Shown here piece after piece: positions 9,328 to 19,706 of a DNA stretch of 64,000 nucleotides. How positions within the stretch are numbered: position 1 is the stretch's first letter; every line of letters begins with the position of its first letter. A program made the position numbers and the translations under genes. The DNA lies in the NCBI GenBank assembly GCA_004561545.1, contig SFVK01000004.1, positions 105,093-169,092 of the forward strand. The letters run 5' to 3'. The notes below the pieces were generated by a model. The model made no database searches and was not told the DNA's origin. It saw only the letters and a program-made list of their open reading frames with translations. This DNA is from a bacterium. GTDB lineage: Bacteria > Bacillota > Clostridia > Oscillospirales > Ruminococcaceae.

Positions 9328-10515
9328 ATGAAATTTACTGAGCTTGCTGTCCGGCCCGAGATTGTGCAGGCCACCCAGGCCATGGGCTACACCGAGATGA
9401 CCGAAATTCAGGAGAAGGCCATTCCCCTGATGCTGGCCGGACACGACATGATCGCCAAAGCCCCCACCGGAACCGGCAAGACGGTGGCCTTCGGCATTCC
9501 CATTCTGGAGAAGGTGGCGGACGACCCCGCCGCAGCGCCCCGGGCCGTGATTTTGAGCCCCACCCGGGAGCTGGCCCAGCAGATTGCCCAGGATCTCTCC
9601 AACCTGGCCCGGTTTCTGCCGGGCATCCGGGTGGTCTGCGTCTACGGCGGCGCGGGCATGGACAAACAGCAGAAACAGCTCAAGGCGGGCTGCCAGGTGG
9701 TGGTGGCCACCCCGGGCCGCCTGATGGACCATTACCGTCACCGGTCCATCGACCTTTCCAGGGTGGAGACCATCGTGCTGGACGAGGCGGACGAGATGCT
9801 CAACATGGGCTTTTACAAGGATGTGCGCCACATCATCGACACCATGAAGGCGCGCAAATCCCTCTCGATGTTCAGCGCCACCATCAGCCGGGAGGTGCTG
9901 GACATCGGCTGGCTGTACCAGCACAACGCCGCCGAGGTGGATGTGCAGCCGCTGGAGGATTCCAGCCCCAAGATTGACCAGTTCAAGCTGCTCACCACCG
10001 GCCGGGACAAGCTGGCCGACCTGGCGCAGATCATTATCAGCAAGGACTATAAGCGGGTGATGGTGTTCTGCAACACCAAATACAACACCGGTATGCTGGC
10101 CAACCAGCTGGCCCGGCTCAACTTCAATGTGGACTGCCTGCACGGGGACCTGAGCCAGGCGGAGCGCAACCGCATCATGCAGCGCTTCAAGGCGGGGGAG
10201 ATTGCGGTGCTGGTCTCCACCGACGTGGCGGCGCGCGGCATCGACGTGTCCGACGTGGACGCCGTCATCAACTACGACGTGCCGGAGGAAAACGAGCACT
10301 ACACCCACCGCATCGGCCGCACCGGCCGCGCCCGCAAGGAGGGCGCCAGCTACCTTTTTTACACCAAAGAGGAGCAAAAGCGGGTGGACACCCTGCTGCG
10401 GCTGACCCGCAACACCGACGACTGCCGCGCCGTCCATTTTGACTTCAACCACGAAAACCTTGTGGTGGAGGAAAAGAAAACCGAGGACAAATTCAACATC
10501 AAGTGCTATTTCTGA
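9328..10515 (+). CDS. DEAD-box RNA helicase
   Basis: GTGKT, PTRELA, TPGR, DEAD, SAT, ARGID, HRIGRTGR. Confidence 0.95.
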   Translation: MKFTELAVRPEIVQATQAMGYTEMTEIQEKAIPLMLAGHDMIAKAPTGTGKTVAFGIPILEKVADDPAAAPRAVILSPTRELAQQIAQDLSNLARFLPGIRVVCVYGGAGMDKQQKQLKAGCQVVVATPGRLMDHYRHRSIDLSRVETIVLDEADEMLNMGFYKDVRHIIDTMKARKSLSMFSATISREVLDIGWLYQHNAAEVDVQPLEDSSPKIDQFKLLTTGRDKLADLAQIIISKDYKRVMVFCNTKYNTGMLANQLARLNFNVDCLHGDLSQAERNRIMQRFKAGEIAVLVSTDVAARGIDVSDVDAVINYDVPEENEHYTHRIGRTGRARKEGASYLFYTKEEQKRVDTLLRLTRNTDDCRAVHFDFNHENLVVEEKKTEDKFNIKCYF

Positions 10516-10527
10516 ACCGCGTACCAC

Positions 10528-10568
10528 AAACGAGGCGCCCGGCCGCAAGGGTCAGGCGCCTCGTTTTT
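10528..10568. terminator. bidirectional intrinsic terminator
   Basis: AAACGAGGCGCC...GGCGCCTCGTTT between convergent genes. Confidence 0.7.
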
Positions 10569-10582
10569 CGTTTTGTTGCCAA

Positions 10583-11170
10583 TCACAGGGTTTTGAGGAG
10601 CACTTCCTCCATGGGGCGCTTGGGCACGCAGTAGTTGCGGTCCTCATCCAGAAAATACTTCACACTGCCGTCCTCCATGGGAACTACCCGGCTGGTATGG
10701 GTGGGGTAGCCGAAAGCCACCACGCTGTGAAGCCGCAGGCAGTCCCCCAGTCCCAGAAGCGACTGGATGGCGGGACGGTCGATGGCGCCCATGATGCAGC
10801 TGCCCACGCCGTGTGCCCAGGCCGCAGCGGTCATGCTGCCCAGGGCAAGGCCCGCGTCGGTATCGTTGGCGCCGGGCAGGCTCTCGTCCTGGCAGACCGC
10901 GATGAAGAGCACCGGGGTTTCGTCCGGCGCGGGGCATCCCTGCTCGGGCGGCAGGTAGGCGGCCCAGTGAACCAGCGGCTGCATCTTTGCCACCATGGCG
11001 GGGCTTTCCACCAGCACATACTTGAGGGTCTGGCGGTTGGCGCCGCAGCTGGCAATGCGGGCGGCTTCCAGGATTTCGGCCGCGATGGCATGGTCCACCG
11101 GGCGCTGTTCAAAGCGGCGGTAGGTCCGCCGGGTCCGCAGGAACTGCATCATTTCTTCCATGGGGATCAC
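10583..11170 (-). CDS. nitroreductase family protein
   Basis: RRTYRRF, A.S..NRQ, GVGSCIMG, VAFGYP. Confidence 0.88.
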   Translation of the reverse strand: MIPMEEMMQFLRTRRTYRRFEQRPVDHAIAAEILEAARIASCGANRQTLKYVLVESPAMVAKMQPLVHWAAYLPPEQGCPAPDETPVLFIAVCQDESLPGANDTDAGLALGSMTAAAWAHGVGSCIMGAIDRPAIQSLLGLGDCLRLHSVVAFGYPTHTSRVVPMEDGSVKYFLDEDRNYCVPKRPMEEVLLKTL

Positions 11171-11220
11171 TCCTTTTGTTTTCCCGTTCCGGGTTTTCTT
11201 CCATTATAGCGCGGCGGACC

Positions 11221-11913
11221 TCAGGAATCAATGACCGTTTTGGTCCGGCCGATGCCCACCACCGCAGCGGTGAGCTTTTTCCAGGTGTTGCAGCCGCAGA
11301 TGCCGTCCGCCGTCAGGCCAAAGCTGCGCTGGGCGGCCTGCAGGGCGTTGAAGGTGTTGGTTCCAAAGATGCCGTCCAGCGTGCGGGTGGAGTAGCCCAG
11401 CGCGTTGAGGGCGTCCTGAAGGATGAGCACATAGGTGTTGCGGTCGCCCTTGCGGCAGGTGGGATAGCCCGCCGTGGTGCCCGAGCAGGCGGGCGTGCCA
11501 TAGCGGCGGTCAAAGTGAACCCAGGTGGGCGTCATGGAGAGGGGCTCCACATAGCCCCAGGCCCCGGTGGCTACCGCCGCGTTGTAGATGCGCTGGCGGG
11601 TGGCGGAGCTGGTGCCCTGGCCCACGTCAAAGGCAACGCCCGCATAGTGCTGGCTGGCGGTGCCGTGGCCGCCCTCCCAGATGCGCTTGAAGGCGTAGCC
11701 CACCGGAATGCCGGCGCCGTAGCGGCGGCGGGTCAAGTTCCACGCCTCCATGGCCGCCGTGGTGGTCCACAGCACCCGGGCATTGGAGGAACCCCGGAAC
11801 TCCCGCACCGTCAGGGTGGTGCCGTAGCTGTAAGGCATGGGGTCGTTCTCGTTGAGGTTGTTGTAGGTGAGAAAGCGGTCATTGTAGCTGTCATACACAA
11901 AAATTTTTGCCAT
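11221..11913 (-). CDS. peptidase M15-like (D-Ala-D-Ala) domain plus peptidoglycan-binding domain protein
   Basis: SQH..G.AFD and WVHFD zinc motifs; C-terminal LQ.ALN.LGY...DGIFG...DGICG. Confidence 0.75.
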   Translation of the reverse strand: MAKIFVYDSYNDRFLTYNNLNENDPMPYSYGTTLTVREFRGSSNARVLWTTTAAMEAWNLTRRRYGAGIPVGYAFKRIWEGGHGTASQHYAGVAFDVGQGTSSATRQRIYNAAVATGAWGYVEPLSMTPTWVHFDRRYGTPACSGTTAGYPTCRKGDRNTYVLILQDALNALGYSTRTLDGIFGTNTFNALQAAQRSFGLTADGICGCNTWKKLTAAVVGIGRTKTVIDS

Positions 11914-11932
11914 GATGGTTCCCTCCCTTGGT

Positions 11933-14539
11933 TCATGGAACGGTGTCCTCAAAGGGCGCGGCGGCGGCCTTGAGGCTCTCCCAGGTGGCGTCGTCCACCA
12001 CGCCCAGCGGGGTCAGGCCCACCCGGATCTGGTAGCTTTCCAGCACTGCCTGGGTGGCCTCATCCAGCACGCCGGTCTCCTCCACAAAAGCGGAGCCGCA
12101 GTAGACGCTGCCCAGCACGTTGAGCCACTTCTGGACCTGGAGCACCGCCGGGCCGGTACTGCCCAGCGCCAGCGACGCTCCGGGCCAGATTTCCTCCGGC
12201 TCCGGCGATGCATTGGCGGGGTTGACGGTGAACAGGGCGTAGGCGGCGGCAAAGAATCTTCGCCAGTCCCGCTCCTCCACCACGCCGGTGGGTTCCAGCC
12301 CCAGGGTGCTCTGGGCCCTCTTGACGCTGTCCTCCAGCGAGGTGTCAAAGACGTCGGTGGAATCGGTGGGGGCGATCTCGGGAATCCACTGGCTCAAGAA
12401 GTTCATGGTATCCGAAAGCACCTGAACCGCCGGGCCGGTATCCCCCAGGCGGAGCGTCACGTCGGGGGTGGTCGTCGTGGTGCGGGCCACCGGGCCGCTG
12501 GCCGAAACCTGCCGGGCATTGTCATAGATGCTCTGCCAGGTCAGGGGGCCCACCACGCCGTCCGCCGTCAACCCCGCGTGCTGCTGCCAGGCGATGACCG
12601 AGCGCCTGGTGGCCGCGCCGAACACGCCGTCCACCGTCACGGTGGGCACATCCCGGTAATAGGCCGCCAGCAGGCGCAGATTGTATTGCAGCGCCCGCAC
12701 CGGTGTGCCGCTGCTGCCCTCCCGCAGGGTGGTGACGAACTGGCCGGGCTGGACGTTGTACTCCACCAGATTGTTGGCCACAGCCAGCCCCACCTCGTTG
12801 AGTTTGGCCCAGGTGGCCGCCCCCACCACGCCGTCCGCCGTCAGGCCGAAGAGATTCTGGAAGGCCCGCACGGCGGAGGCGGTGCCGCTGCCGAAGTTTC
12901 CGTCCACCGTGACGGTGGAAAGGCCGGAATAGTTCTCGGCGGCCATACGCAGCCAGAACTGCACCAGACGGACGTCGTTGCCCCTGCTGCCGGTGCGCAG
13001 CGCCGTGCCGGGGTAGGCGGTGCCGCCCGCGTCGCTCTGGGCGTTGACCCAGGCGGCATAGAGGGCGTCCCAGGTGGCCTGCCCCACCACGCCGTCCTGG
13101 GTCAGGCCCTCGGATTTCTGGAAGGCAATGACGGCACGCTCGGTGGCGGCGCCAAAGTTGCCGTCCACCGATACGGTGGGAATGGCGGAATCAAACTGGG
13201 CCAGGCTGGACAGCCAGAACTGCACCTGTTCCACCTCCCGCCCGGTGCTGCCGCGGCGCAGCACCACGCCGGGCCAGGTTCCGGCGGACTGGGTGCCGGT
13301 GAGGGTCTCGCCCTCGCTGGTCAGCTCGGCCAGGTCCTTGACGCTCACATAGATATAGCTGATCTTGTACCAGGTGGCTTTGCCCACCACGCCGTCCACG
13401 GTGAGGGAGAACTGTTTCTGGAACTTTTTGACGCTGTTCTCGGTGGCCTCGTCAAAGGTACCGGTGATGGCGGGCTTGCCAAAGCTGGGATAATCCTTGG
13501 CAATGCGGGAAAGCTGTTTCTGGATGATGTTCACCGCCGTGCCGGTGGAGCCGCGGCGCAGCGGGGTGCCGGGGTAGCTCTGGGGAATGGACGCGATGTT
13601 GTTGGTGGTGACCAGCTGCACCCGGTTGCCGTAATAGTAGCGCAAAATCTGCAAAGCGCTCATGCCCTCGTTGGCGCGGTCCACGGTGCCCCACTGCTTC
13701 ATGCCGGGGCAGGTGACGCTCTTGCCATCGCAATACTCGGTGTAATAGGGTTCGGCATCCCCGGAGCGGCGCACATAGGTGTTGAACAGCTCGGCGGTCA
13801 GCCGCTCCATCACGGCAAAGACGGTGCGCCCCTGCACATAGGCCTGGTCCACGCCGGGGGAGTTGGTGATGTTGAAGCTGTACCCCTTGCTGGGATACCA
13901 CTCGGTCCAGATGCGGTTGAGCGCCAGGCTGATCTGGGCCAGAATGTTGGCGCGCAGCGCCTGCTCGGGCCAGGTGGGGTAAACCTCGCTGGACGCCACG
14001 TTGGCGATATAGTTCTGGAAGGTGACCGACACATTGCTGGCGCTGACGGCGGGGCGGGCCAGATGCACCGTGATCTTTTTGGGCACCACCACCTCGGTGA
14101 GGACCAGGGGCGAAATGCCGGGGCAGTCCTCCGCCGGGGCGGGACCGCTGCCGCCTCCGCCCGCAAAAAGCGGATGTTCCGGGATGATGACGGGCTCATC
14201 GGACTGGGCCACCGCCTCGTCGGCGGGCAGGAAATCCAGCCGCGCCACCGTCTGCTGGCCGTCAAAGAGCTGCACGCCTTCCAGCTCCACCGTCTGCCAC
14301 CCGGTCAGGAAGGCCCGCAGCGTGTAAACGGAGTAGGGCCGGACGGTGCTGTTTGACTCGTCCAGACTGTAGCTCTTATCGGGCGCGGGCAGCGAGAGCT
14401 CCCCCGCCGCGCCAGCGTCATCGGTGTTCAGGCGGGCCAGCTGGACGCCGCTCTCGTCCAGGACCACAACCGTCACGCCGGCCAGCGGCGCGGCGGCCCC
14501 GGCCACCGAGGCATAGATCTGTAAGGTTCCGTTTGGCAT
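11933..14539 (-). CDS. SleC-like spore cortex-lytic enzyme (SpoIID/LytB-type domain) with six PG-binding domains
   Basis: YIANVASSEVYPTWP...LNRIWTEWY is SleC-like; six LR.GS.G...DG.VG..TW-type repeats. Confidence 0.8.
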   Translation of the reverse strand: MPNGTLQIYASVAGAAAPLAGVTVVVLDESGVQLARLNTDDAGAAGELSLPAPDKSYSLDESNSTVRPYSVYTLRAFLTGWQTVELEGVQLFDGQQTVARLDFLPADEAVAQSDEPVIIPEHPLFAGGGGSGPAPAEDCPGISPLVLTEVVVPKKITVHLARPAVSASNVSVTFQNYIANVASSEVYPTWPEQALRANILAQISLALNRIWTEWYPSKGYSFNITNSPGVDQAYVQGRTVFAVMERLTAELFNTYVRRSGDAEPYYTEYCDGKSVTCPGMKQWGTVDRANEGMSALQILRYYYGNRVQLVTTNNIASIPQSYPGTPLRRGSTGTAVNIIQKQLSRIAKDYPSFGKPAITGTFDEATENSVKKFQKQFSLTVDGVVGKATWYKISYIYVSVKDLAELTSEGETLTGTQSAGTWPGVVLRRGSTGREVEQVQFWLSSLAQFDSAIPTVSVDGNFGAATERAVIAFQKSEGLTQDGVVGQATWDALYAAWVNAQSDAGGTAYPGTALRTGSRGNDVRLVQFWLRMAAENYSGLSTVTVDGNFGSGTASAVRAFQNLFGLTADGVVGAATWAKLNEVGLAVANNLVEYNVQPGQFVTTLREGSSGTPVRALQYNLRLLAAYYRDVPTVTVDGVFGAATRRSVIAWQQHAGLTADGVVGPLTWQSIYDNARQVSASGPVARTTTTTPDVTLRLGDTGPAVQVLSDTMNFLSQWIPEIAPTDSTDVFDTSLEDSVKRAQSTLGLEPTGVVEERDWRRFFAAAYALFTVNPANASPEPEEIWPGASLALGSTGPAVLQVQKWLNVLGSVYCGSAFVEETGVLDEATQAVLESYQIRVGLTPLGVVDDATWESLKAAAAPFEDTVP

Positions 14540-14557
14540 AATAACACCTCCTGAGAC

Positions 14558-14586
14558 AGCCTATGCCGTGCGGCGCAACATGGTGC
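14558..14586 (-). promoter_or_regulatory. sigma-K-like mother-cell sporulation promoter
   Basis: Minus strand reads GCAC-17bp-CATAGGCT just upstream of the GGAGG RBS. Confidence 0.5.
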
Positions 14587-14674
14587 CGGAACCGGGCGGT
14601 TTTCCGGGGCCCGTTCTTTACAAATGTTGCAAACCGTGATACCATGGCAGTAAAATTCAAAAGGAAGTGATTGT

Positions 14675-16225
14675 ATGCCCGGGAAGACGGAGGAGAGCCG
14701 TCAAACCATCAAAAACAGCGTGGGCCGTGCCGTGCTTGTGGCCATCAGTGTGCTGCTGCAGGTATTCTGGATCGTTTTGCTGGTCATGCGGCTGAACCAA
14801 TATTACGCTTATATCTCGCTGGCCACCAGCGTGCTGAGCTTTCTGGTGGTGCTGCACATCTGCGGCAACAAGATCAACGCCGCCTACAAGCTGTCCTGGA
14901 TTGTGCTGATCCAGTTCATGCCCATTCTGGGCCTGTGCCTCTTCCTGATGTTCGGCAAGGAATCCAGCAACGCTGTGATGCGCCGCCGCTTTGGACGCAT
15001 TGACCAGCAGATGCCCCGTTACCTGCCCCAGGACGAAGCCACCGCCGCCAGGCTGGACGCGGAAAACCCCGGCCTTGGCAACCAGGCCCACTACCTGCGC
15101 AACACCGCCGGGTTCCCCGTCTACGGCGACACCAGGGTGACTTTCTATGGCGACACCAACGAGGCGCTGGAGGCCCAGAAAGCCGAGCTGCGAAAGGCGG
15201 AGCACTTTATCTTTATGGAATACCACGCCATCGAGGATTCCACCGCGTGGCGCGGGCTGGAGGAAATCCTGGCCGAGAAAGCCGCCGCCGGCGTGGATGT
15301 GCGGGTCTTTTACGACGACATGGGCAGCATTGGGTTTATCAGCAAGCCCTTTGCCCGCCGTTTGCAGGCACAAGGCATTCAGTGCCGGGTTTTCAACCCG
15401 CTGGTGCCGGTGCTCAACGTCTTTATGAACAACCGTGACCACCGCAAGATCACCGTGGTGGACGGCCAGGTGGGATTTACCGGCGGATATAATCTGGCGG
15501 ACGAGTACTTCAATCTCACCCACCCCTATGGCCAGTGGAAGGACAGCGGCCTGCGGCTGGAGGGCAGCGCAGTGCGCAGCCTGACCGTCATCTTTTTGGA
15601 AATGTGGAACGCCACCCAGAAAGTGCAGGAGGACCCCACCCCCTTCCTGGTTCCCGCCGCCGTGCCGCAGGGCGCCGGCGGATATGTGATCCCCTACGCG
15701 GACAGCCCGCTGGATACCATTGCCACCGGTGAGGATGTCTATCTGAACATTCTCAAAAACGCAAAGCGGTATGTCTACATCACAACGCCCTACCTCATCA
15801 TTGACGACGAGATGCAGCGGGAGCTGACACTGGCCGCCCGCCGGGGTGTGGATGTGCGCATCATCACGCCGGGCATTCCCGACAAAAAGACGGTGTTCCG
15901 GGTGACCCGCAGCTATTACGCCGACCTGGCCACCGCCGGGGTGCGTATTTTTGAGTATACACCAGGCTTTGTCCACGCCAAACAGTTTGTGGCGGACGAC
16001 GAGGTTGCCACCTGCGGCACCATCAACATGGATTACCGCAGTTTGTATCTCCATTTCGAGAGCGGATGCTGGTTCAGCAGCTGTGACGCGGTGGCCCAGG
16101 TGCGCCGGGATTTTGAGGAGCTGTTCCCCCTCTGCACCGAAGTCACCGGCCAGTACGCCGGCAAGCGGGAACGGTATGTGCGCGGCCTCAACTGCATTCT
16201 GCGGCTGTTCGGGCCGCTGATGTAA
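14675..16225 (+). CDS. cls: cardiolipin synthase
   Basis: N-terminal TMs and two HKD motifs (HRKITVVD, HAKQFVAD). Confidence 0.92.
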   Translation: MPGKTEESRQTIKNSVGRAVLVAISVLLQVFWIVLLVMRLNQYYAYISLATSVLSFLVVLHICGNKINAAYKLSWIVLIQFMPILGLCLFLMFGKESSNAVMRRRFGRIDQQMPRYLPQDEATAARLDAENPGLGNQAHYLRNTAGFPVYGDTRVTFYGDTNEALEAQKAELRKAEHFIFMEYHAIEDSTAWRGLEEILAEKAAAGVDVRVFYDDMGSIGFISKPFARRLQAQGIQCRVFNPLVPVLNVFMNNRDHRKITVVDGQVGFTGGYNLADEYFNLTHPYGQWKDSGLRLEGSAVRSLTVIFLEMWNATQKVQEDPTPFLVPAAVPQGAGGYVIPYADSPLDTIATGEDVYLNILKNAKRYVYITTPYLIIDDEMQRELTLAARRGVDVRIITPGIPDKKTVFRVTRSYYADLATAGVRIFEYTPGFVHAKQFVADDEVATCGTINMDYRSLYLHFESGCWFSSCDAVAQVRRDFEELFPLCTEVTGQYAGKRERYVRGLNCILRLFGPLM

Positions 16226-16237
16226 ATCCGGCCATAC

Positions 16238-16271
16238 AAAAAGGCTTCTGCACGCGGCAGAAGCCTTTTTT
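16238..16271. terminator. bidirectional intrinsic terminator
   Basis: AAAAAGGCTTCTGC...GCAGAAGCCTTTTT between convergent genes. Confidence 0.8.
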
Positions 16272-16293
16272 ATTTCAGAAAATCCCGGCAGTC

Positions 16294-17583
16294 TCAGTCC
16301 ACCCAGGCAAAGGCCTGTTCCAGATCGTCGATGAGGTCCTGGGCGTGCTCGGTGCCGATGGAGAGGCGGATGGTGCTTGGGGTGATGCCCACCGCCGCCA
16401 GTTCCTCCTCGCTGAGCTGACTATGGGTGGTGGTGGCGGGGTGAATGACCAGACTTTTGACGTCCGCCACGTTGGCCAGCAGGCTGAAAATCTTCAGATG
16501 GTCAATGAAGGCGTGGGCCTCCTTCACGCCGCCCCGGATCTCAAAGGTAAAGATGGACGCGCCGCCGTTGGGGAAATATTTCTCATACAGCGCATGGTCG
16601 GGGTGGTCCGGCAGGCTGGGATGGTTGACCTTTGCCACCTTGGGGTGATGGGCAAGGTAGTCCACAATCTTTTTGGTGTTCTCCACATGGCGGTCCAGGC
16701 GCAGCGAGAGGGTTTCGACCCCCTGAAGAAGCAAAAAGGCGTTGAAGGGGCTGATGCAGGCGCCGGTATCCCGCAGCAGAATGGCGCGCACATAGGTGGC
16801 AAAGGCCGCCGGGCCCGCCGCCTGCACAAAGCTGACGCCGTGGTAGCTGGGATTGGGCGCGGCGATGGCGGGATAGTTGCCGGAAGCCGCCCAGTCAAAG
16901 CTGCCGCCGTCCACAATGATGCCGCCCAGTGTGGTGCCGTGGCCGCCGATGAACTTGGTGGCGGAATGGACCACGAGATCGGCCCCATGCTCCAGGGGAC
17001 GGATCAGGTAGGGTGTGCCGAAGGTGTTATCCACCACCAGCGGCAGGCCATGGCGGTGGGCGATGGCCGCGATGGCATCCAGATCGGGAATGTCGGAGTT
17101 GGGATTGCCCAGCGTCTCCAGATACACCGCGCGGGTGTTGGGCTGGATGGCGTTTTCCACCTGGGCCAGGTCATGGGCGTCCACAAAGGTGGTGGTAATG
17201 CCAAAGTTGGGCAGCGTGTGCTCCAGCAGGTTGTAGGAGCCGCCGTAGATGGTCTTTTGCGCCACAATGTGACCGCCGTTCTGGGCAAGGGCCTGGAGGG
17301 TGTAGCTGATGGCCGCCGCGCCGGAGGCCACCGCCAGCGCCGCCACGCCGCCTTCCAGCGCCGCCAGACGCTGCTCCAACACATCCTCGGTGGGGTTGGT
17401 CAGACGGCCATAAATGTTGCCGGCATCGGTCAGGCCAAACCGGGCCGCCGCATGGGCGGAGTTATTGAACACATAGGAAGTAGTCTGATAGATGGGCACC
17501 GCGCGGGCGCCGGTGGCGGGGTCGGCCTGCTCCTGGCCAACATGAAGCTGAAGGGTTTCAAAATGCAGTTTATGTTCAGACAT
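16294..17583 (-). CDS. metY: O-acetylhomoserine/O-acetylserine sulfhydrylase
   Basis: [45 protein letters not shown]. Confidence 0.92.
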   Translation of the reverse strand: MSEHKLHFETLQLHVGQEQADPATGARAVPIYQTTSYVFNNSAHAAARFGLTDAGNIYGRLTNPTEDVLEQRLAALEGGVAALAVASGAAAISYTLQALAQNGGHIVAQKTIYGGSYNLLEHTLPNFGITTTFVDAHDLAQVENAIQPNTRAVYLETLGNPNSDIPDLDAIAAIAHRHGLPLVVDNTFGTPYLIRPLEHGADLVVHSATKFIGGHGTTLGGIIVDGGSFDWAASGNYPAIAAPNPSYHGVSFVQAAGPAAFATYVRAILLRDTGACISPFNAFLLLQGVETLSLRLDRHVENTKKIVDYLAHHPKVAKVNHPSLPDHPDHALYEKYFPNGGASIFTFEIRGGVKEAHAFIDHLKIFSLLANVADVKSLVIHPATTTHSQLSEEELAAVGITPSTIRLSIGTEHAQDLIDDLEQAFAWVD

Positions 17584-17651
17584 GATCGTTTCCTCACAAT
17601 TCATCGTTTCTTTTTGGCGCATCCCCTGCGTGGGCGCCTTTGTGGAAAGAC

Positions 17652-17692
17652 AAAAGAAATGCCCGGGACAGCTTTGGCAACGGTCCCGGGCA
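17652..17692 (-). terminator. leader (attenuator-type) terminator upstream of metY
   Basis: 10-bp stem TGCCCGGGAC/GTCCCGGGCA plus TTTCTTTT, located between the promoter and the metY start. Confidence 0.7.
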
Positions 17693-17716
17693 GAGATTCA
17701 CAGCAACATCCGGGGG

Positions 17717-17833
17717 TCACATTCGGCCCCACAGCGGTGCCGAAAACGCCCCGGCCTGATGAACGGCCCGGGTGCGGTGCATTCGCCCACAGCGGAAATT
17801 GGCGCGCAGAACGGTATTCCAGATTGTCTTCAT
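17717..17833 (-). CDS. putative 38-aa leader peptide of metY
   Basis: GGAGG RBS then MKTIWNTVLRANFRCGRMHRTRAVHQAGAFSAPLWGRM*. Confidence 0.4.
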   Translation of the reverse strand: MKTIWNTVLRANFRCGRMHRTRAVHQAGAFSAPLWGRM

Positions 17834-17869
17834 TCTGTCCACCCTCCCTCATTTGCTTTCGCGCTTTAA

Positions 17870-17925
17870 ACATACTTAACTGCTTGGTATGTGTGGATTA
17901 TACCTCTGTTTTCTCCGACTGTCAA
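17870..17925 (-). promoter_or_regulatory. consensus sigma-A promoter for metY plus downstream palindrome
   Basis: TTGACA-17bp-TATAAT (17925-17897); ACATAC-N11-GTATGT at 17870-17892. Confidence 0.75.
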
Positions 17926-17998
17926 CCCCTTTTCTCGTTTTTTTGCAAAAGAAAAGCGCAGCCCGCAGACCGCGCAAAGGAGCCGGAACCCGCCGGCC

Positions 17999-18430
17999 TT
18001 AAATCACATATTCATTGCCCTGTTCCGGTTTGGCCATCAGATCCGCCACCGTCACGCCGTCCAGATACTCCGCCACCATGCGGTCCAGCTTGCTCCACAG
18101 CGGATAGGTGCGGCATTCCGCCATGCGGGGGCAGGCGGGAGCCCCCTCCTCCAGGCAGGCCACCGTGGCCAGGCTCCCCTCGGTCAGACGCAGAATGCTG
18201 CCCACCGTGTACTGCTCCGGCGGCCGGGTGAGCTTGTAGCCGCCGCCCTTGCCGCGCAGGCCCTCCAGAAAGTGCTTCTGCACCAGAGCTTTCAAAATGC
18301 TCTCCAGATATTTTTCGCTGATCTCCTGCCGCGCGGCGATTTCCTTGAGCGGGATATATCCTTCCGCCTGATGCTCTGCCAAATCAATCATCACCCGCAG
18401 CGCATAGCGGCCTTTTGTTGAAACCATCAT
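17999..18430 (-). CDS. Rrf2-family regulator (IscR/CymR-like, three Cys)
   Basis: STKGRYALR, ISEKYLE, RGKGGGY.L, C..C..C; lies between metY and cysK. Confidence 0.92.
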   Translation of the reverse strand: MMVSTKGRYALRVMIDLAEHQAEGYIPLKEIAARQEISEKYLESILKALVQKHFLEGLRGKGGGYKLTRPPEQYTVGSILRLTEGSLATVACLEEGAPACPRMAECRTYPLWSKLDRMVAEYLDGVTVADLMAKPEQGNEYVI

Positions 18431-18509
18431 GGGCTCTTCCCTCCGATTTTTTAACCTATTATATAACAAGGTAAGTGGGAAGTTCAAGGGATTTTTTTAA
18501 TTTTTGCTC

Positions 18510-18538
18510 TTGACAAATTCAGGATGGGGCAGTATAAT
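18510..18538 (+). promoter_or_regulatory. consensus sigma-A promoter for cysK
   Basis: TTGACA-17bp-TATAAT. Confidence 0.8.
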
Positions 18539-18674
18539 CCCTATAAACCCACATGAGAGGTTGGTAATAAGTATGAGACGATGTCAGAACTGAACCGACG
18601 TTCCGGCTCCCTGCGCACAAAGGGCAGCCATCATTTTTCATCATAATCAAAAATTTTGAGAGGGGATTTTTTCC

Positions 18675-19607
18675 ATGAGCAAGATTTATACTTCCGCCGA
18701 CCAGCTGATTGGTCATACTCCGCTGCTGGAGCTCACCCACATTGAGGCCGCCGAGGGGCTGGAAGCCCGGCTGCTGGCCAAGCTGGAATACTTTAACCCC
18801 GCCGGTTCGGTGAAGGACCGCATTGCCAAGGCCATGCTGGACGATGCCGAAGCCCAGGGCAAGCTGAACAAGGACACCACCATCATTGAGCCCACCTCGG
18901 GCAACACCGGCATCGGTCTGGCCAGCGTGGCCGCCGCCCGGGGCTACCGCATCATCATCGTCATGCCGGAGACCATGAGCGTGGAGCGCCGCCAGCTGAT
19001 GAAAGCCTACGGCGCCGAGCTGGTGCTCACCGAGGGCGCCAAGGGCATGAAGGGCGCCATTGCCAGGGCCGACGAGCTGGCAAAAGAGATTCCCAACTCC
19101 TTTGTGGCGGGCCAGTTTGTCAACCCGGCCAACCCCAAGGCCCATTACCAGACCACCGGCCCCGAAATCTGGCAGGACACCGACGGCCAGGTGGACTACT
19201 TTGTGGCAGGCGTGGGCACCGGCGGCACCGTCACCGGTGTGGGCACCTATCTGAAGGAACAGAATCCCGCCGTCAAAGTGGTGGCCGTGGAGCCGGCGTC
19301 CAGCCCGGTGCTGAGCCAGGGCAAGGCGGGCGCCCACAAGATTCAGGGCATCGGCGCCGGCTTTGTGCCTGATGTGCTGAACACCAAGATCTACGACGAG
19401 ATCATCCCCGTGGAGAACGACGACGCTTTTGCCACCGGCAAGAAGGTGGGCCAGTCCGAGGGCGTGCTGGTGGGCATTTCCTCCGGCGCGGCGGTCTGGG
19501 CCGGCATTCAGCTGGCAAAGCGGCCCGAAAACAAGGGCAAGACCATCGTGGTACTGCTGCCCGATACCGGCGACCGTTACCTGAGCACCCCGCTGTTTGC
19601 GGACTAA
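18675..19607 (+). CDS. cysK: cysteine synthase A
   Basis: [32 protein letters not shown]. Confidence 0.97.
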   Translation: MSKIYTSADQLIGHTPLLELTHIEAAEGLEARLLAKLEYFNPAGSVKDRIAKAMLDDAEAQGKLNKDTTIIEPTSGNTGIGLASVAAARGYRIIIVMPETMSVERRQLMKAYGAELVLTEGAKGMKGAIARADELAKEIPNSFVAGQFVNPANPKAHYQTTGPEIWQDTDGQVDYFVAGVGTGGTVTGVGTYLKEQNPAVKVVAVEPASSPVLSQGKAGAHKIQGIGAGFVPDVLNTKIYDEIIPVENDDAFATGKKVGQSEGVLVGISSGAAVWAGIQLAKRPENKGKTIVVLLPDTGDRYLSTPLFAD

Positions 19608-19706
19608 TTCAACAATCTCTTTTCTCTTCTGTTCTGCCCTTTGCCCTGTGCAGAGGGCAGTTTTTGGTATAATAGGCGGGAAGTTCAAACAAAGGAGCGA
19701 ACAACC

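Noticed and set aside
18553..18593. Mini-ORF MRRCQN upstream of cysK as a Cys-sensing leader
   Set aside because: Six codons, weak RBS spacing and no clear terminator; could be chance.
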